From: an uncultured Candidatus Rokubacteria bacterium
GTDB taxonomy: Bacteria; Methylomirabilota; Methylomirabilia; Rokubacteriales; CSP1-6
Assembly (NCBI GenBank): GCA_963754315.1
Contig: CAVWFS010000007.1
Span: forward strand, 320,001-384,000
Direction: 5' to 3'
DNA: 64,000 nt
Shown: positions 20,573 through 30,636 of the stretch, piece by piece
Numbering within the stretch: position 1 is the stretch's first letter
How the letters are laid out: each line of letters opens with the position of its first letter
The notes under the pieces: generated by a model
Database searches by the model: none
What the model saw: the letters and a program-made list of their open reading frames with translations, nothing else
Told to the model about the DNA's origin: nothing
Translations under genes and position numbers: made by a program

Positions 20573-21742
20573 ATGTACGGTGCGGACAAGGCCCGATTTC
20601 AGGCCGAACTTGACGACCTCGGGCAGGCCGGCCTCCTGAAGGGCGAGCGAATCATCGAGAGTCCCCAACGGGTCGAGGTGACCGTCGGGGGGCGGACCGT
20701 CCTGAACTTTTGCGCAAATAACTACCTGGGCCTCGCTGACGATCCCCGGCTCATCCGAGCGGCCCAGGACGGCCTCGCTCGCTGGGGATTCGGCCTGGCC
20801 AGCGTTCGCTTTATCTGTGGCACCCAGACGATCCATCGCGATCTCGAAATGGCGATCGCCCACTTCCTCGGGACTGAGGATGCGATCCTCTACACCTCCT
20901 GCTTCGACGCGAACGGCGGACTGTTCGAGACGATCCTCGACGAGCCCGACGTGGTGATCTCCGACGCGCTCAACCATGCGTCCATCATCGACGGGATCCG
21001 GCTCTGCCGTGCCCAGCGGCAGCGCTATCCGCACGCCGACATGGGCCAGCTGGAGAGTCTGCTGCGGGCTGCGCAAGGCGCCCGCACTCGCCTCATTGCC
21101 ACCGACGGGGTGTTCTCGATGGATGGCGATGTGGCGCCGTTACGCGAGATCTGTGATCTGGCCGAGCGCTATCACGCGCTGGTCATGGTGGACGACAGCC
21201 ACGCCACCGGCTTCTTCGGTCCCACCGGCCGCGGCACTCCGGAGCACTGCGGAGTGGCGGAGCGGGTGGATATCGTGACGTCTACTCTGGGCAAGGCCCT
21301 GGGCGGCGCCAGCGGGGGTTTCACGGCCGCTCCGCGCGCGATGGTGGATCTCTTGCGCCAGCGTTCTCGCCCCTATCTCTTCTCGAACACCCTGTCCCCT
21401 GCCGTCGTGTGCGCATCGCTGGCGTGCCTCGAGATCCTTGCCGAGAGTGCCGCCTTGCGGAATCGTCTCGAGGCGAACACGCGGTGGTTCCGTCAGGCCA
21501 TGCGAGAAGCCGGATTCGACATTCGGCCCGGGCTTCATCCCATTGTCCCGATCATGCTCGGTGACGCCCGCCGCGCTCAGCAGATGGCGGCTGATCTGCT
21601 GACCGAGGGGATTTACGTGGTCGGCTTTTCGTACCCGGTCGTGCCCCGCGACCAGGCGCGCATTCGGGTTCAGATCAGCGCCGCCCACACGCCGGCTCAT
21701 CTGGAGCGGGCGGTGGCCGCGTTCACTAAGGTGAGCGGGTGA
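20573..21742 (+). CDS. kbl: Glycine C-acetyltransferase (2-amino-3-ketobutyrate CoA ligase)
   Basis: [41 protein letters not shown] and [11 protein letters not shown]. Confidence 0.93.
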   Translation: MYGADKARFQAELDDLGQAGLLKGERIIESPQRVEVTVGGRTVLNFCANNYLGLADDPRLIRAAQDGLARWGFGLASVRFICGTQTIHRDLEMAIAHFLGTEDAILYTSCFDANGGLFETILDEPDVVISDALNHASIIDGIRLCRAQRQRYPHADMGQLESLLRAAQGARTRLIATDGVFSMDGDVAPLREICDLAERYHALVMVDDSHATGFFGPTGRGTPEHCGVAERVDIVTSTLGKALGGASGGFTAAPRAMVDLLRQRSRPYLFSNTLSPAVVCASLACLEILAESAALRNRLEANTRWFRQAMREAGFDIRPGLHPIVPIMLGDARRAQQMAADLLTEGIYVVGFSYPVVPRDQARIRVQISAAHTPAHLERAVAAFTKVSG

Positions 21743-21745
21743 GTT

Positions 21746-22033
21746 TCAGTCCACCTCTCGCAGGCGGAGAACTTCGGCGCGGCCGTCCATGAATTCTCCC
21801 ATCTTGCGACCCAGCGCTTTGAAGTACTCGGTGGTCCGGTGGAAGTCGAGGGCCGCTTGGTCGACGTAGCGTTCCAGGAACACGTAGGTATGGGGGGTCT
21901 CGCCAACGTGCAGCGCGTACAGCGTGCAGCCTGGCTCGTTGGCGTTGACCTTGGCCGCGAGCTCCTTGGCCACCGCCTCGAACTCCCGCTCCATCCCCGG
22001 TTTGACTTTCAACGTTGCCACAACACCTAGCAT
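21746..22033 (-). CDS. Antibiotic biosynthesis monooxygenase (ABM)-like protein
   Basis: VVATLKVKPG...NEPGCTLY...FLERYVDQAALDFH. GGGAGG RBS before ATG 22033. Confidence 0.85.
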   Translation of the reverse strand: MLGVVATLKVKPGMEREFEAVAKELAAKVNANEPGCTLYALHVGETPHTYVFLERYVDQAALDFHRTTEYFKALGRKMGEFMDGRAEVLRLREVD

Positions 22034-22085
22034 GTGGTCCTCCCTTGAGGCCTCAGTTCGAGGATCCGACACGGTGTGCCCTGCG

Positions 22086-23381
22086 TCACGGAGCCACCGT
22101 CCGGAGTGGGCCGTCCTCGGGTGGCGAGGTGCGGCGAAGAATGACCGCGCTATTGGTTCCGCCGAAAGCAAACGTGTTCTTGAGAATGACGCGGAGGGCC
22201 GCCGACCGCGGCACGTCGCGGACGAAGTCGAGAGTACAGCGGGGATCCGGAGCATCGAGGTTGCGGCAGGGAGGGAGGAGGCCGTGATGGAGGGCCAGGA
22301 TCGAGGTGACCAACTCCACCCCGGCGGTGGCGCCCATCAGATGGCCCAGCTGCGCCTTGCTGGTCGTCACCGGGACGGCCAACGCGCGCGCGCCCAGGAC
22401 CTTGGTGAGGGAGGCGGCCTCGACCACGTCGGCGAGCTCGGTGGCCGTGCCGTGCGCGTTGACGGCGTCGATCTCATCGGCCGTCATGCCAGCCGACTGC
22501 AGCGCGGCATGCATCGCTCTGACCTGCCCGTCGGGGTCCGGCCGAACGATGTGGGTGGCATCCGACGCACACCCATAGCCGGCGATCTCGGCCCAGATGC
22601 GAACGCCGCGCCGGGTGGCAGACTCCTCGGACTCGAGGACGAAGGCGGCTCCGCCTTCCCCGATGACCAACCCGTCGCGCCGCTGATCGAACGGGCGCGA
22701 GGCCAGCTCGGGCTCCGGAATGCGCGAGAGGACGCCCAGGCGGTTCCACGCCGCGAAGGTGTAGAGATCGAGCCCGCTGTCGCAGCACGCAGCCACCGCA
22801 GCGTCCACGAGACCAAAGCGTACTCGCTGGAAGGCTTCGCCGAGAGCGACGGCGCCGGTGGCACAGGCCGCGCTCACCGCGAAGCTGGCTCCGGTCAGTT
22901 TGTAGCGGATCGAGATGACGCTGGCCGGCCGGCTGAACATGACCCGAACCACAGTCGTCGGGCGCATGCGCCGATAGCCTCGCTCGACGAAGGTTCGGGT
23001 CGCCTCGTTGCTGAAGCTCACGTTGCCGTGGCCGCTACCCACGATCAGGTCAAGCGGCAGCGGCGATCGGCCGTCCACGGGCAGCCCGGCATCCTCCAGG
23101 GCGCGTCCCACGACGTACAGACCGAGCTGGCTCCCACGATCTGGCTCATTCAGCGCATACCCTTGGAGCCCCTGCGCGAGCCGATCGTCATCCACTTGGC
23201 CCGCAATCCGGACGGGAAGCTCCGGGTGCGAATCCGCGCAGGCCAGGGGGCGAATTCCGCACGCCCCGTCGAGGAGCCCACGCCACAGCTCGGCCCACTC
23301 GAGGCCGAGCCCGGTGGCAACCCCCATGCCGGTGATCACGACACGTCGCGGTCGAATCGGTTCCGGAGCGAGAGGGGGCAT
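22086..23381 (-). CDS. Beta-ketoacyl-ACP synthase II-like (FabF family)
   Basis: RRVVITGMG, catalytic SAACATG, AHGTAT, KAQLGH and FAFGGTN. Start is approximate (23381 or 23387). Confidence 0.88.
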   Translation of the reverse strand: MPPLAPEPIRPRRVVITGMGVATGLGLEWAELWRGLLDGACGIRPLACADSHPELPVRIAGQVDDDRLAQGLQGYALNEPDRGSQLGLYVVGRALEDAGLPVDGRSPLPLDLIVGSGHGNVSFSNEATRTFVERGYRRMRPTTVVRVMFSRPASVISIRYKLTGASFAVSAACATGAVALGEAFQRVRFGLVDAAVAACCDSGLDLYTFAAWNRLGVLSRIPEPELASRPFDQRRDGLVIGEGGAAFVLESEESATRRGVRIWAEIAGYGCASDATHIVRPDPDGQVRAMHAALQSAGMTADEIDAVNAHGTATELADVVEAASLTKVLGARALAVPVTTSKAQLGHLMGATAGVELVTSILALHHGLLPPCRNLDAPDPRCTLDFVRDVPRSAALRVILKNTFAFGGTNSAVILRRTSPPEDGPLRTVAP

Positions 23382-23401
23382 CGGCACGGAATACGTCGAT
23401 A

Positions 23402-24481
23402 TCACCCGGCGGCGGCGGTACAGGGCGCCTGACGGAGCTCGTTCAGGACATGCAAGCTGGCCATGATCTCTGCCGGAGCCACTCCGAAGTCCACCAGACA
23501 GGCAATCTCGTCGACGCCCACCTTGCGTACCGCTTCCACCATGTGACGGCACGCGGCGAGCGAGCCGAGGAGGGCGGTCTTCTGATAGTAGCGTTCGAAC
23601 GCATACTCGAGCAGATCGGCGCGCTTGCGCGGGGGCAGGTCCTCGAGACGTGCCTCTCCGACACGCCACAGGTCGACTGAGCTTTCCAGATAACGCTTGA
23701 ACGGTTCGCGCACGGCCCGGCGTACGGACTCCTCGTCCGCTCCCACAAACGTATGGAGCATGAGGGTCACGTGTCCCCGGCCGGCGTGCCCGTTCTGACG
23801 TCTGGCGTCACGGTAGGCGGCGATCTTTTCACCAAGATCCTCGACGCCCTGAAAAAGCAAGGCAGTGAGAACGTTGAAGCCGCGCTCCCCCGCGTCGAGG
23901 TAGCGGTCGCGTCCACCCGAGCAGGTGAGCCATATCGTGAGCTCTCGCTGCCGCGGCAACGGGTGGATCCGCACACGGATGACCTGACCGAGGCCATTTT
24001 CCGCCTCGATCTCGTCCCCTCGCCAGAGCCGTTGCACCCTCTCGATGCCCTGAAAAGTCCGCTGCGTCCGGTCGGCGTAGGCGTGCGGCGCGATGGCGAA
24101 GTCGTTTGGATTCCAGCCGACGGCGAAGGACACATCGACCCGCCCGTTCGATAGGTTGTCGACCACCGCCCACTCCTCCGCCACCCGGATGGGATGGTGG
24201 AGGGGCATGACGACGCTGCCGGCCCGGATCCGGATGCGCTCGGTCGTTTCCGCCAGCACCACCCCGGCGAGGGCGGGATTGGGGAAGATCCCCCCGAAGG
24301 CATGGAAGTGGCGCTCAGGGATCCACACCGCCTCGAACCCGTGGCGGTCCGCGAACTGCGTACTTTCGCGGAACAGGTCGAATTTTCCCCGCTGGAACTC
24401 CGCGGGCTGGCTGGCAAAGAAAAGCAGGCTGAAGCGTGGCCAGGGGACGGTCACGGCGTGGGCTCGCCCCGTACTCTCCAT
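23402..24481 (-). CDS. Stand-alone MupA/Atu3671-type luciferase-like FMN monooxygenase
   Basis: FSLLFFA...FADRHGFEAVWIPERHFHAFGGIFPNP...RAGSVVMPLHHPIRVAEEWAVVDNLSNGRV...GWNPNDF, VTLMLHTF and GVDEIACLVDFG: the signature of the natural-product LLM domain. Confidence 0.88.
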   Translation of the reverse strand: MESTGRAHAVTVPWPRFSLLFFASQPAEFQRGKFDLFRESTQFADRHGFEAVWIPERHFHAFGGIFPNPALAGVVLAETTERIRIRAGSVVMPLHHPIRVAEEWAVVDNLSNGRVDVSFAVGWNPNDFAIAPHAYADRTQRTFQGIERVQRLWRGDEIEAENGLGQVIRVRIHPLPRQRELTIWLTCSGGRDRYLDAGERGFNVLTALLFQGVEDLGEKIAAYRDARRQNGHAGRGHVTLMLHTFVGADEESVRRAVREPFKRYLESSVDLWRVGEARLEDLPPRKRADLLEYAFERYYQKTALLGSLAACRHMVEAVRKVGVDEIACLVDFGVAPAEIMASLHVLNELRQAPCTAAAG

Positions 24482-25360
24482 CGCCGGTGACCCCACATGT
24501 ACTGTTCCGGATGCCTGCGCACCTCGGCCTCGATCTCGGCGGTTAGCGCCTGGGTGAGTGCCCGCGCGTCCTTCTCCCGGTCACCCGTCCGCTCGCACGT
24601 CACCGGCCCCACCACGCGTAACGCGTAGCGAAGCGAGCGCACTCGCACCGCGCAGGCCACCAGGACAGGCGCGCGGGTGGTCAAGTGCAGCATGGCCACC
24701 GACTTCGTCGCCCACGCCGGTCGCCCAAAAAACTGGACAGCGACCCGCCCCCGCACCACGTGCTGATCGATCATCAATGCCACGATCTCGCCGTGGGCCA
24801 GAGCACTGACGAAGCGCAAGGGGGAGTCCGTGAATCGGGACACCAGCCGCAGCCGCTCCCCTTCCCGTTGCGCCCGCACGAGGCGATCCAGGTACGGATT
24901 CGTAAACGGGCGATAGATCGCGCACATCGGCTTCAGCATGGAGGCCGCGCGGGCGGCCACTTCCCAGTTGCCGAGGTGGGCACTGGCCACGATGAGCCCC
25001 TGCCCGGGCTGGCGCAGCGAGTGTTCGATCTCGGGCGACGCGTCCAGCTGGACGTACTCTCTCCAGTTCTCGCGAGTCATGCGGCGGCGCATGATCGCGC
25101 TCTCCACGACCATCACCGCAAAAGTCTGAAACGCGCTGAGGGCTATCGCGCGCGCACCGGCAGCGGTGGGGGTCAGGCCGGCCCGCAGAACGTTGTCCAC
25201 GGCGATCTGCCGTCCGCCGTCGCCAGACGAGGAAGGCCAGCCGCGCCACGGCCCGAGCGAGTCCAACCAGCATCGGCGGCGGCACGATGGCGACCAGCAG
25301 AGACAGGACCCACGCCGTCACGCTTTGCATGCGGTACCACAGGGTGCGAACGGCGGTCAC
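24451..25360 (-). CDS. LpxL/HtrB-family lysophospholipid (lipid A late) acyltransferase; +1 frameshift near 25214
   Basis: N-terminal membrane anchor in ORF 24581..25360; SAHLGNWE, LMIDQH, FFGRPA and PEQYMWGHRRWR in ORF 24451..25266. Confidence 0.82.
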
Positions 25361-25605
25361 CCGGCCAGCCGGACCTCCAGGTAGTCGATCAGATCAGACA
25401 CGCGTTCCATGGCGACCAGATCGGCGATCTCGGTCTGGACGCGGAAGCGGTCCTCGACGTCGTAGATGAAGTCCAGGATGGAGATCGAGTCGAAGCCGAT
25501 GCGGTCGAGTCGCGTGTTCTCGGTGATAGAGGAGACGTCGACCTTGACCTGCTCCTGCCGCGTCAGCAGATCTCTGAGCCCGACAACGATCTCGTCACGC
25601 CTCAT
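25357..25605 (-). CDS. Acyl carrier protein
   Basis: 82 aa, acidic, with GFDSIS phosphopantetheine site. GGAGGGG RBS; stop overlaps the acyltransferase start (GTGA). Confidence 0.88.
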   Translation of the reverse strand: MRRDEIVVGLRDLLTRQEQVKVDVSSITENTRLDRIGFDSISILDFIYDVEDRFRVQTEIADLVAMERVSDLIDYLEVRLAG

Positions 25606-25656
25606 ACCCCTCCGAATCCACCACCCCGCAAAAGCTTAGCATGCCCCCTCCGTTCA

Positions 25657-25772
25657 TCATGGGGGGCCTCGACGGCCCCCCAAACTCCCGCGCGCTCGGG
25701 GACGCCCCGGGATATCCCGGGGCGCCCCTCGATAGCACGTGAGGTGGGGGGGCCTCGAAAGGGCCCCCATGA
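25657..25772. repeat. REP/BIME-like element, locus 3
   Basis: TCATGGGGGGCCTCGACGGCCCCCCAA...CGCTCGGGGACGCCCCGGGATATCCCGGGGCGCCCCTCG...GGGGGGGCCTCGAAAGGGCCCCCATGA. Confidence 0.78.
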
Positions 25773-26480
25773 CTACAAATGTGACAGCGTCTCCTGTGGC
25801 GGAGACTCGCGCGGGCCTCCGAACCGACGCTCAAGCAGACGCCGGGCGACGGTGCGGCCGCCAATCCCAAAGGCGAGCGCCAGGCCCAGCACGAGTCCTC
25901 CAAAGGTGATTCCGAACGCGATCAGAACCATGTCGCGGCCGATACCGACCTCGGTCAGCGCAGTGGCCACCGTGAAGAGCAGCACACTCCATCGCGTCAC
26001 CCGGGCGAGCAGCCCCGCTTCGGGCAGGCCGGCGTTGACGGCCCCGACGAGCACGGCATGCCCCAGGAAATTCGCGGTCAACATCCCGACCACCAGGATG
26101 AGCAGGGCCGCCAGCGCCCGGGTGAAGAATCCCATGAGCAGGCCGGTCGCTCCGGGAACGCCGGGAAGGGCCAGAGCCTCGATCCCCATGGTGGCAAAGG
26201 TCACGAAGGTACCCCAGAACACCAGCAGGCGGAGCACGTGGGAGGGAGAACGTCCGATCCCGCCTCGCATCAGCGCTGCCGTGAGTCCCCACGATCGGCT
26301 GCGGTCATCGAGTCGTGCCGCGTCTGCGAGCCGCCGGATCAGCGCCCCCAGTACCCAGCCGAGCAAGAGCCCGAGGCCGACCAGGGTGAGCATGGCCAGG
26401 ATGCTCGGAACGACTGCCACCAGGGTCAGGCCAAGGTTCCGGAGGGCGGACAGTACGAGATCGCGCCAGAACTCCGTCAT
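25773..26480 (-). CDS. CmpX-like / mechanosensitive-channel TM-helix membrane protein
   Basis: Multi-TM with PSILAMLTLVGLG and AFGITFGGLVLGLALAFGIGGR. GAGGAG RBS before ATG 26480. Confidence 0.75.
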   Translation of the reverse strand: MTEFWRDLVLSALRNLGLTLVAVVPSILAMLTLVGLGLLLGWVLGALIRRLADAARLDDRSRSWGLTAALMRGGIGRSPSHVLRLLVFWGTFVTFATMGIEALALPGVPGATGLLMGFFTRALAALLILVVGMLTANFLGHAVLVGAVNAGLPEAGLLARVTRWSVLLFTVATALTEVGIGRDMVLIAFGITFGGLVLGLALAFGIGGRTVARRLLERRFGGPRESPPQETLSHL

Positions 26481-26491
26481 GTCACTACTCC

Positions 26492-28177
26492 TCAGATCGC
26501 GCTCGTTTCCAGGCCATACGGTTCGTCGGCCGCCGCGGGCCGCTCGAGGCGGAACCAGTAGAAGCCATGCGGACCGAGACTCAGGAAATACGGCTGCTCG
26601 TGCACGGGCGGAAAACGGGTCGAGCCCAGCATTTCCACCGGGGTTGCCCCCTTGAACTCGGCAAGGTCGAGCTCCACCGGTTGGGGCGAGGCCGCCAGGT
26701 TGACGACGATCAGCAACACCTCGCGCTGATACCGCCGCAGATACGCCAGCACGCGCGGATTCCGGGGACGCAGGAAGTCGATACTGCCCCGGCCAAACGC
26801 GGCGGAAGTCCGGCGGGTGGCGATCAATCGGCGCATGGTGTTGAGCAGCGACGACGGCGTCCGTGCCTGCGCCATCACGTTCAGCCCCTGGTAGCCATAG
26901 ACGGCATCCCCAATGACGGGCAGATACAGACGCTCCTCGTGGGCGCCCGAGAACCCCGCGTTGCGTTCGCGCGACCACTGCATCGGTGTCCGCACCCCGT
27001 CGCGGTCACCCAGGTGGATGTTGTCCCCCATGCCGATCTCATCGCCGTAGTAGATGATGGGGCTCCCGGGCAAGGTGAGGAGCAGGCAGTTGAGCAGCTC
27101 GATGCGACGCCGGTCGTTCTCCATGAGAGGAGCCAGGCGGCGCCGGATACCGAGATTCAACTTCATCTCCGCGTCGCGCGCGTACGCGTAATACATGAAG
27201 GCGCGCTCTTCGTTGGTGACCATTTCGAGGGTCAGCTCGTCATGGTTGCGGAGGAAGAGGCCCCACTGGCACGCCGCGGGAATGGGCGGGGTGTGGGTGA
27301 AGATGTCGACGATGGGCAGGCGCTCCTCGAGCCGGATGGCCATGTAGAGACGCGGCATGAGGGGGAAGTGGAAGGACATGTGGAACTCATCACCGTCTCC
27401 GAAGTACGGCCGCACATCCTCCGGCCACTGATTGGCTTCGGCCAGCAGCACCCGATCGCCCCCGTACTCGCGATCGATCACGGCCCGCAGCTCCTTGAGC
27501 ACCGCGTGTGTCTCGGGGAGGTTCTCCCCGCTGGTGCCCTCCCGCTCGATCAGATAGGGGACGGCATCGCAGCGGAAGCCATCGAGCCCCTGGTCGAGCC
27601 AGAAGCGCATCACATCGAGCATCGCCCGGCGGACGTCGGGGTTGTCGTAGTTGAGATCAGGTTGGTGGCTGAAGAAGCGGTGCCAGTAGTAGGCGCGGCG
27701 GCGGGTGTCCCACGTCCAGTTCGATTTCTCCGTATCGATGAAGATGATACGGGCGTCCCGGTAGCGCTGGTCCGTGGGACTCCACACGTAGTAGTCGGCG
27801 TAGGGGCCCTCCGCCGCCCGCGAGGCCTGGAACCACGGGTGCTGATCGGAGGTGTGATTCATCACGAGATCGGCGATGACCCGTAGGCCTCGCGCGTGGG
27901 CGGCATCGAGCAGGGTTCGGAACTCGGCCACCGTTCCGTAGGAGGGATGCAAGGTATAGAAGTCGGCGATGTCGTAGCCATCGTCGCGTAGAGGCGAGGC
28001 GTACACGGGCAAGAGCCACAGGCAATCCACGCCGAGCTCCTGCAGGTAGTCGAGGCGCGCGGTAAGACCGCCGAAGTCACCGATTCCGTCGCCGTTGCTG
28101 TCCATGAACGCCTTGACGTGGACCTCGTAGAAAATGGCGTCCTTGTACCAGTCGGTGGCGCCAGCGGCTCTGCTCAT
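26492..28177 (-). CDS. treS: Trehalose synthase (maltose alpha-D-glucosyltransferase, GH13), no fused maltokinase
   Basis: [52 protein letters not shown] and [13 protein letters not shown]. Confidence 0.93.
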   Translation of the reverse strand: MSRAAGATDWYKDAIFYEVHVKAFMDSNGDGIGDFGGLTARLDYLQELGVDCLWLLPVYASPLRDDGYDIADFYTLHPSYGTVAEFRTLLDAAHARGLRVIADLVMNHTSDQHPWFQASRAAEGPYADYYVWSPTDQRYRDARIIFIDTEKSNWTWDTRRRAYYWHRFFSHQPDLNYDNPDVRRAMLDVMRFWLDQGLDGFRCDAVPYLIEREGTSGENLPETHAVLKELRAVIDREYGGDRVLLAEANQWPEDVRPYFGDGDEFHMSFHFPLMPRLYMAIRLEERLPIVDIFTHTPPIPAACQWGLFLRNHDELTLEMVTNEERAFMYYAYARDAEMKLNLGIRRRLAPLMENDRRRIELLNCLLLTLPGSPIIYYGDEIGMGDNIHLGDRDGVRTPMQWSRERNAGFSGAHEERLYLPVIGDAVYGYQGLNVMAQARTPSSLLNTMRRLIATRRTSAAFGRGSIDFLRPRNPRVLAYLRRYQREVLLIVVNLAASPQPVELDLAEFKGATPVEMLGSTRFPPVHEQPYFLSLGPHGFYWFRLERPAAADEPYGLETSAI

Positions 28178-29427
28178 CGCCAGCGATCCCGCAGGTACGG
28201 CTTCTGCCGCTCGAATGCCGTCCCTACTCTTTCGAGAATCGCCCCATCGCCAGCCGCGTCCCGGCCACGGGTGGCGAGAATGAACGCGGCCGTCCGCCCC
28301 AGGTAGAGCGGGACGAGCGCGCGCAACAGGTGCTCACGATGGATGACCGAGTAGTGGTAGCCGAGGGCGGCGTCGTAGACAACGCGCGCCCAGACATCAT
28401 CGGGAAAGCGAAAGATCCCACGATCGCCGGCCTCCAAGCTGAGAACATCGCCCAGGGTCTCCGGGGCCAGTACGGACTCCCAGATCGGCAAGAGGTCCCG
28501 CACGCCGCGCTGGAACGCGTCCACCAGGCGGTCGACGTCGACCACGGGACCGTCGTCGAGGACCCCCGCCGGCTCGCCAACCGTCGGCACCGGAGCGCTG
28601 CCGTGCACGTCGAACCACAGCGCCGGCAGACGCTCCATAAGCCCGAAAACTCCACCCACGGCTTGCGCCATCATGCCGGGGAGGTCCGTGGTCCGCCGAC
28701 GCGACTCTACGCGGCGTGGACCGAGCCAGGCTTCCCAGACGTTGAGCCCCTCGGCGATGGCCAACCCCGTGATCCACAGATCGGTGGCCTCGCGGGGTGA
28801 TGGACGCGGCTCGTCCTCGAGCGTCAGCTCGAGGGCGCGGCCCGACAGGGCGACCGCTCCTCCCAAGGGCTGATGCAGGCGCCGCCCCAGGAGGGCTCTG
28901 ATGAGGGGCGCGAGGAGCAAGTTCGTGATCGTCCCATCGAAGCGACGCCGGGTGTGGGCCGCGATCACGACGTCGGCCTCGCCGTCCAGCACTGGCTTCG
29001 CCAATCGGCCAATCCATTCGTCAGCCACCGACGTCACATCCGCTTCCAGGAGCACGAGCCCACGCGCCTGGAGGCGACGGGCGATGGCCCAGGCGAGCCG
29101 CAACACGGCCGGTCGCCCCGGTATCCCGTGGAAGGGGACAGTGGCGCGTTCCGCCACCGGCGCTTCGAGGCGCGCGTGGACCATGGCCCCTCCCGCCTCC
29201 TTGACACGCTCCACGGTCGCGTCAGAGGACCCGGCATCGACATTGATGAGGACGGCCGGGATATCGGCACAGTGCTTCTCGAGCCCGGCCCGCATGGCGG
29301 TGGTCACCGCGTCGACGGTCGCCGCATTCTCGAAGGTAAGGATCGCGATCGCCAGCTCGCGCGTTCCCACTTCTTGCAGCTGGCTTTCGACCTCGGGCGG
29401 GAGCGTGGCGGCCGCGGTGCTGGCCAT
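28174..29427 (-). CDS. GT-A glycosyltransferase (glucosyl/mannosyl-glycerate synthase-like), motifs divergent
   Basis: [38 protein letters not shown] and [10 protein letters not shown]. Confidence 0.75.
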   Translation of the reverse strand: MASTAAATLPPEVESQLQEVGTRELAIAILTFENAATVDAVTTAMRAGLEKHCADIPAVLINVDAGSSDATVERVKEAGGAMVHARLEAPVAERATVPFHGIPGRPAVLRLAWAIARRLQARGLVLLEADVTSVADEWIGRLAKPVLDGEADVVIAAHTRRRFDGTITNLLLAPLIRALLGRRLHQPLGGAVALSGRALELTLEDEPRPSPREATDLWITGLAIAEGLNVWEAWLGPRRVESRRRTTDLPGMMAQAVGGVFGLMERLPALWFDVHGSAPVPTVGEPAGVLDDGPVVDVDRLVDAFQRGVRDLLPIWESVLAPETLGDVLSLEAGDRGIFRFPDDVWARVVYDAALGYHYSVIHREHLLRALVPLYLGRTAAFILATRGRDAAGDGAILERVGTAFERQKPYLRDRWR

Positions 29428-30636
29428 CTACGCCCGCGGCTCGGTCTGACTGCCGAGGTGGATCATGAGCGCGAGGTCATCGGCCAGGTGTCGAGTAATG
29501 AGAAAGCCCCGGCGCACATGCTCACGGCCGGCAGCGCCCATGCGTGGGATGAGCTCCGGATTGTTGAGCAGGTGCCGAATCCGGAAGGCGGCCCCCTCCA
29601 CCGACTGGACGGTGTATCCGGTGACGTCCCGAATGATGAGCTGAGTCAGCCCGCCCACCGCTCCCCCGATGACTGGCTTGCCCTTCCACATGGCCTCGGC
29701 CGCACCGATGCCGAAGTCTTCCCGGATGGATGTCTGAAAGACGATGGTCGCTGCCCGCTGCAGGGCATTGATCTGGCGCTGCGCCTCCGGCGGCAGTTCC
29801 AGGACGGTGACGTCCGGATCGTGCTGGGCGGCTTCGCGAAGGTCATTCAGCACCTCCAGACCTTCGGCATCGTCCTGGGCGGTCCCGGCCAGCACGAGCC
29901 GCACATCGTGGTGGCGCTTCACGAGCCGGTACACGTTCACGACATCGATCGGGTGGTGGTCCCGCGTGAAGGGGCTGACCTGGACGAGCAGCGGCTTGTC
30001 GCGCTCGACCCTGAGCTCCTGGAGCATTGCGGCCAGCTCGCGCGCCCCCAGCTCGCGGTTCTTCTCGGACAGGGGATCGATAGAAGGAGGGATGACATAG
30101 CGGGGCATACCCAGGCGGGCCGCGAACGCGGGGAGCGAGAAGATGGCGCCGTCAAAATGCTCGCCGAACTGCCGGAAAAACGACCAGGCTTGCTGCTGGG
30201 GATGCGAGCAATCGAAATGGCATCGCCACAGCCAGTGCCCGCCGCCGCGGTCCGTCACCAGGCTCGCCGGCTGCACGTCGTGAACGATCACCACGTCGGC
30301 CTCGAGCCGAAGCTTCTTGGCCGTCACGCGATTCATCTCGAGGTAGTGCTGGAGCCGCTCGTCGGTGAGGGCACGCTCGCCACCTTGCATGGCCATTTGG
30401 AGTGCCTGGGCAGCCGTGTAGTAGGCGGGGTCACCACCCGTGACCTCCCAATGAGCTTCCACGGCGATATCGTTCAGGAGGGGAATCGCGGCCCGGAGGA
30501 TCTCAGCGGGGCCGCTGCCCAACCGTCCTCCCGTCAGGTGAAGGAAACGGCGTCCTCGTACCTGCTCGGCAAGCTTCAGGATGATATCGACTGTGTTCGG
30601 CGGTGCGACCGCGCGATAGGCGTCGAGCCCGCTCAC
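29428..30636 (-). CDS. TreT-like GT4 glycosyltransferase, motifs divergent
   Basis: VHDVQP, WLWRCHFD, IPPSIDPLSEKN, INALQRAA and EAMWKGKPVIG. GTG start overlaps the upstream stop. Confidence 0.8.
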   Translation of the reverse strand: MSGLDAYRAVAPPNTVDIILKLAEQVRGRRFLHLTGGRLGSGPAEILRAAIPLLNDIAVEAHWEVTGGDPAYYTAAQALQMAMQGGERALTDERLQHYLEMNRVTAKKLRLEADVVIVHDVQPASLVTDRGGGHWLWRCHFDCSHPQQQAWSFFRQFGEHFDGAIFSLPAFAARLGMPRYVIPPSIDPLSEKNRELGARELAAMLQELRVERDKPLLVQVSPFTRDHHPIDVVNVYRLVKRHHDVRLVLAGTAQDDAEGLEVLNDLREAAQHDPDVTVLELPPEAQRQINALQRAATIVFQTSIREDFGIGAAEAMWKGKPVIGGAVGGLTQLIIRDVTGYTVQSVEGAAFRIRHLLNNPELIPRMGAAGREHVRRGFLITRHLADDLALMIHLGSQTEPRA

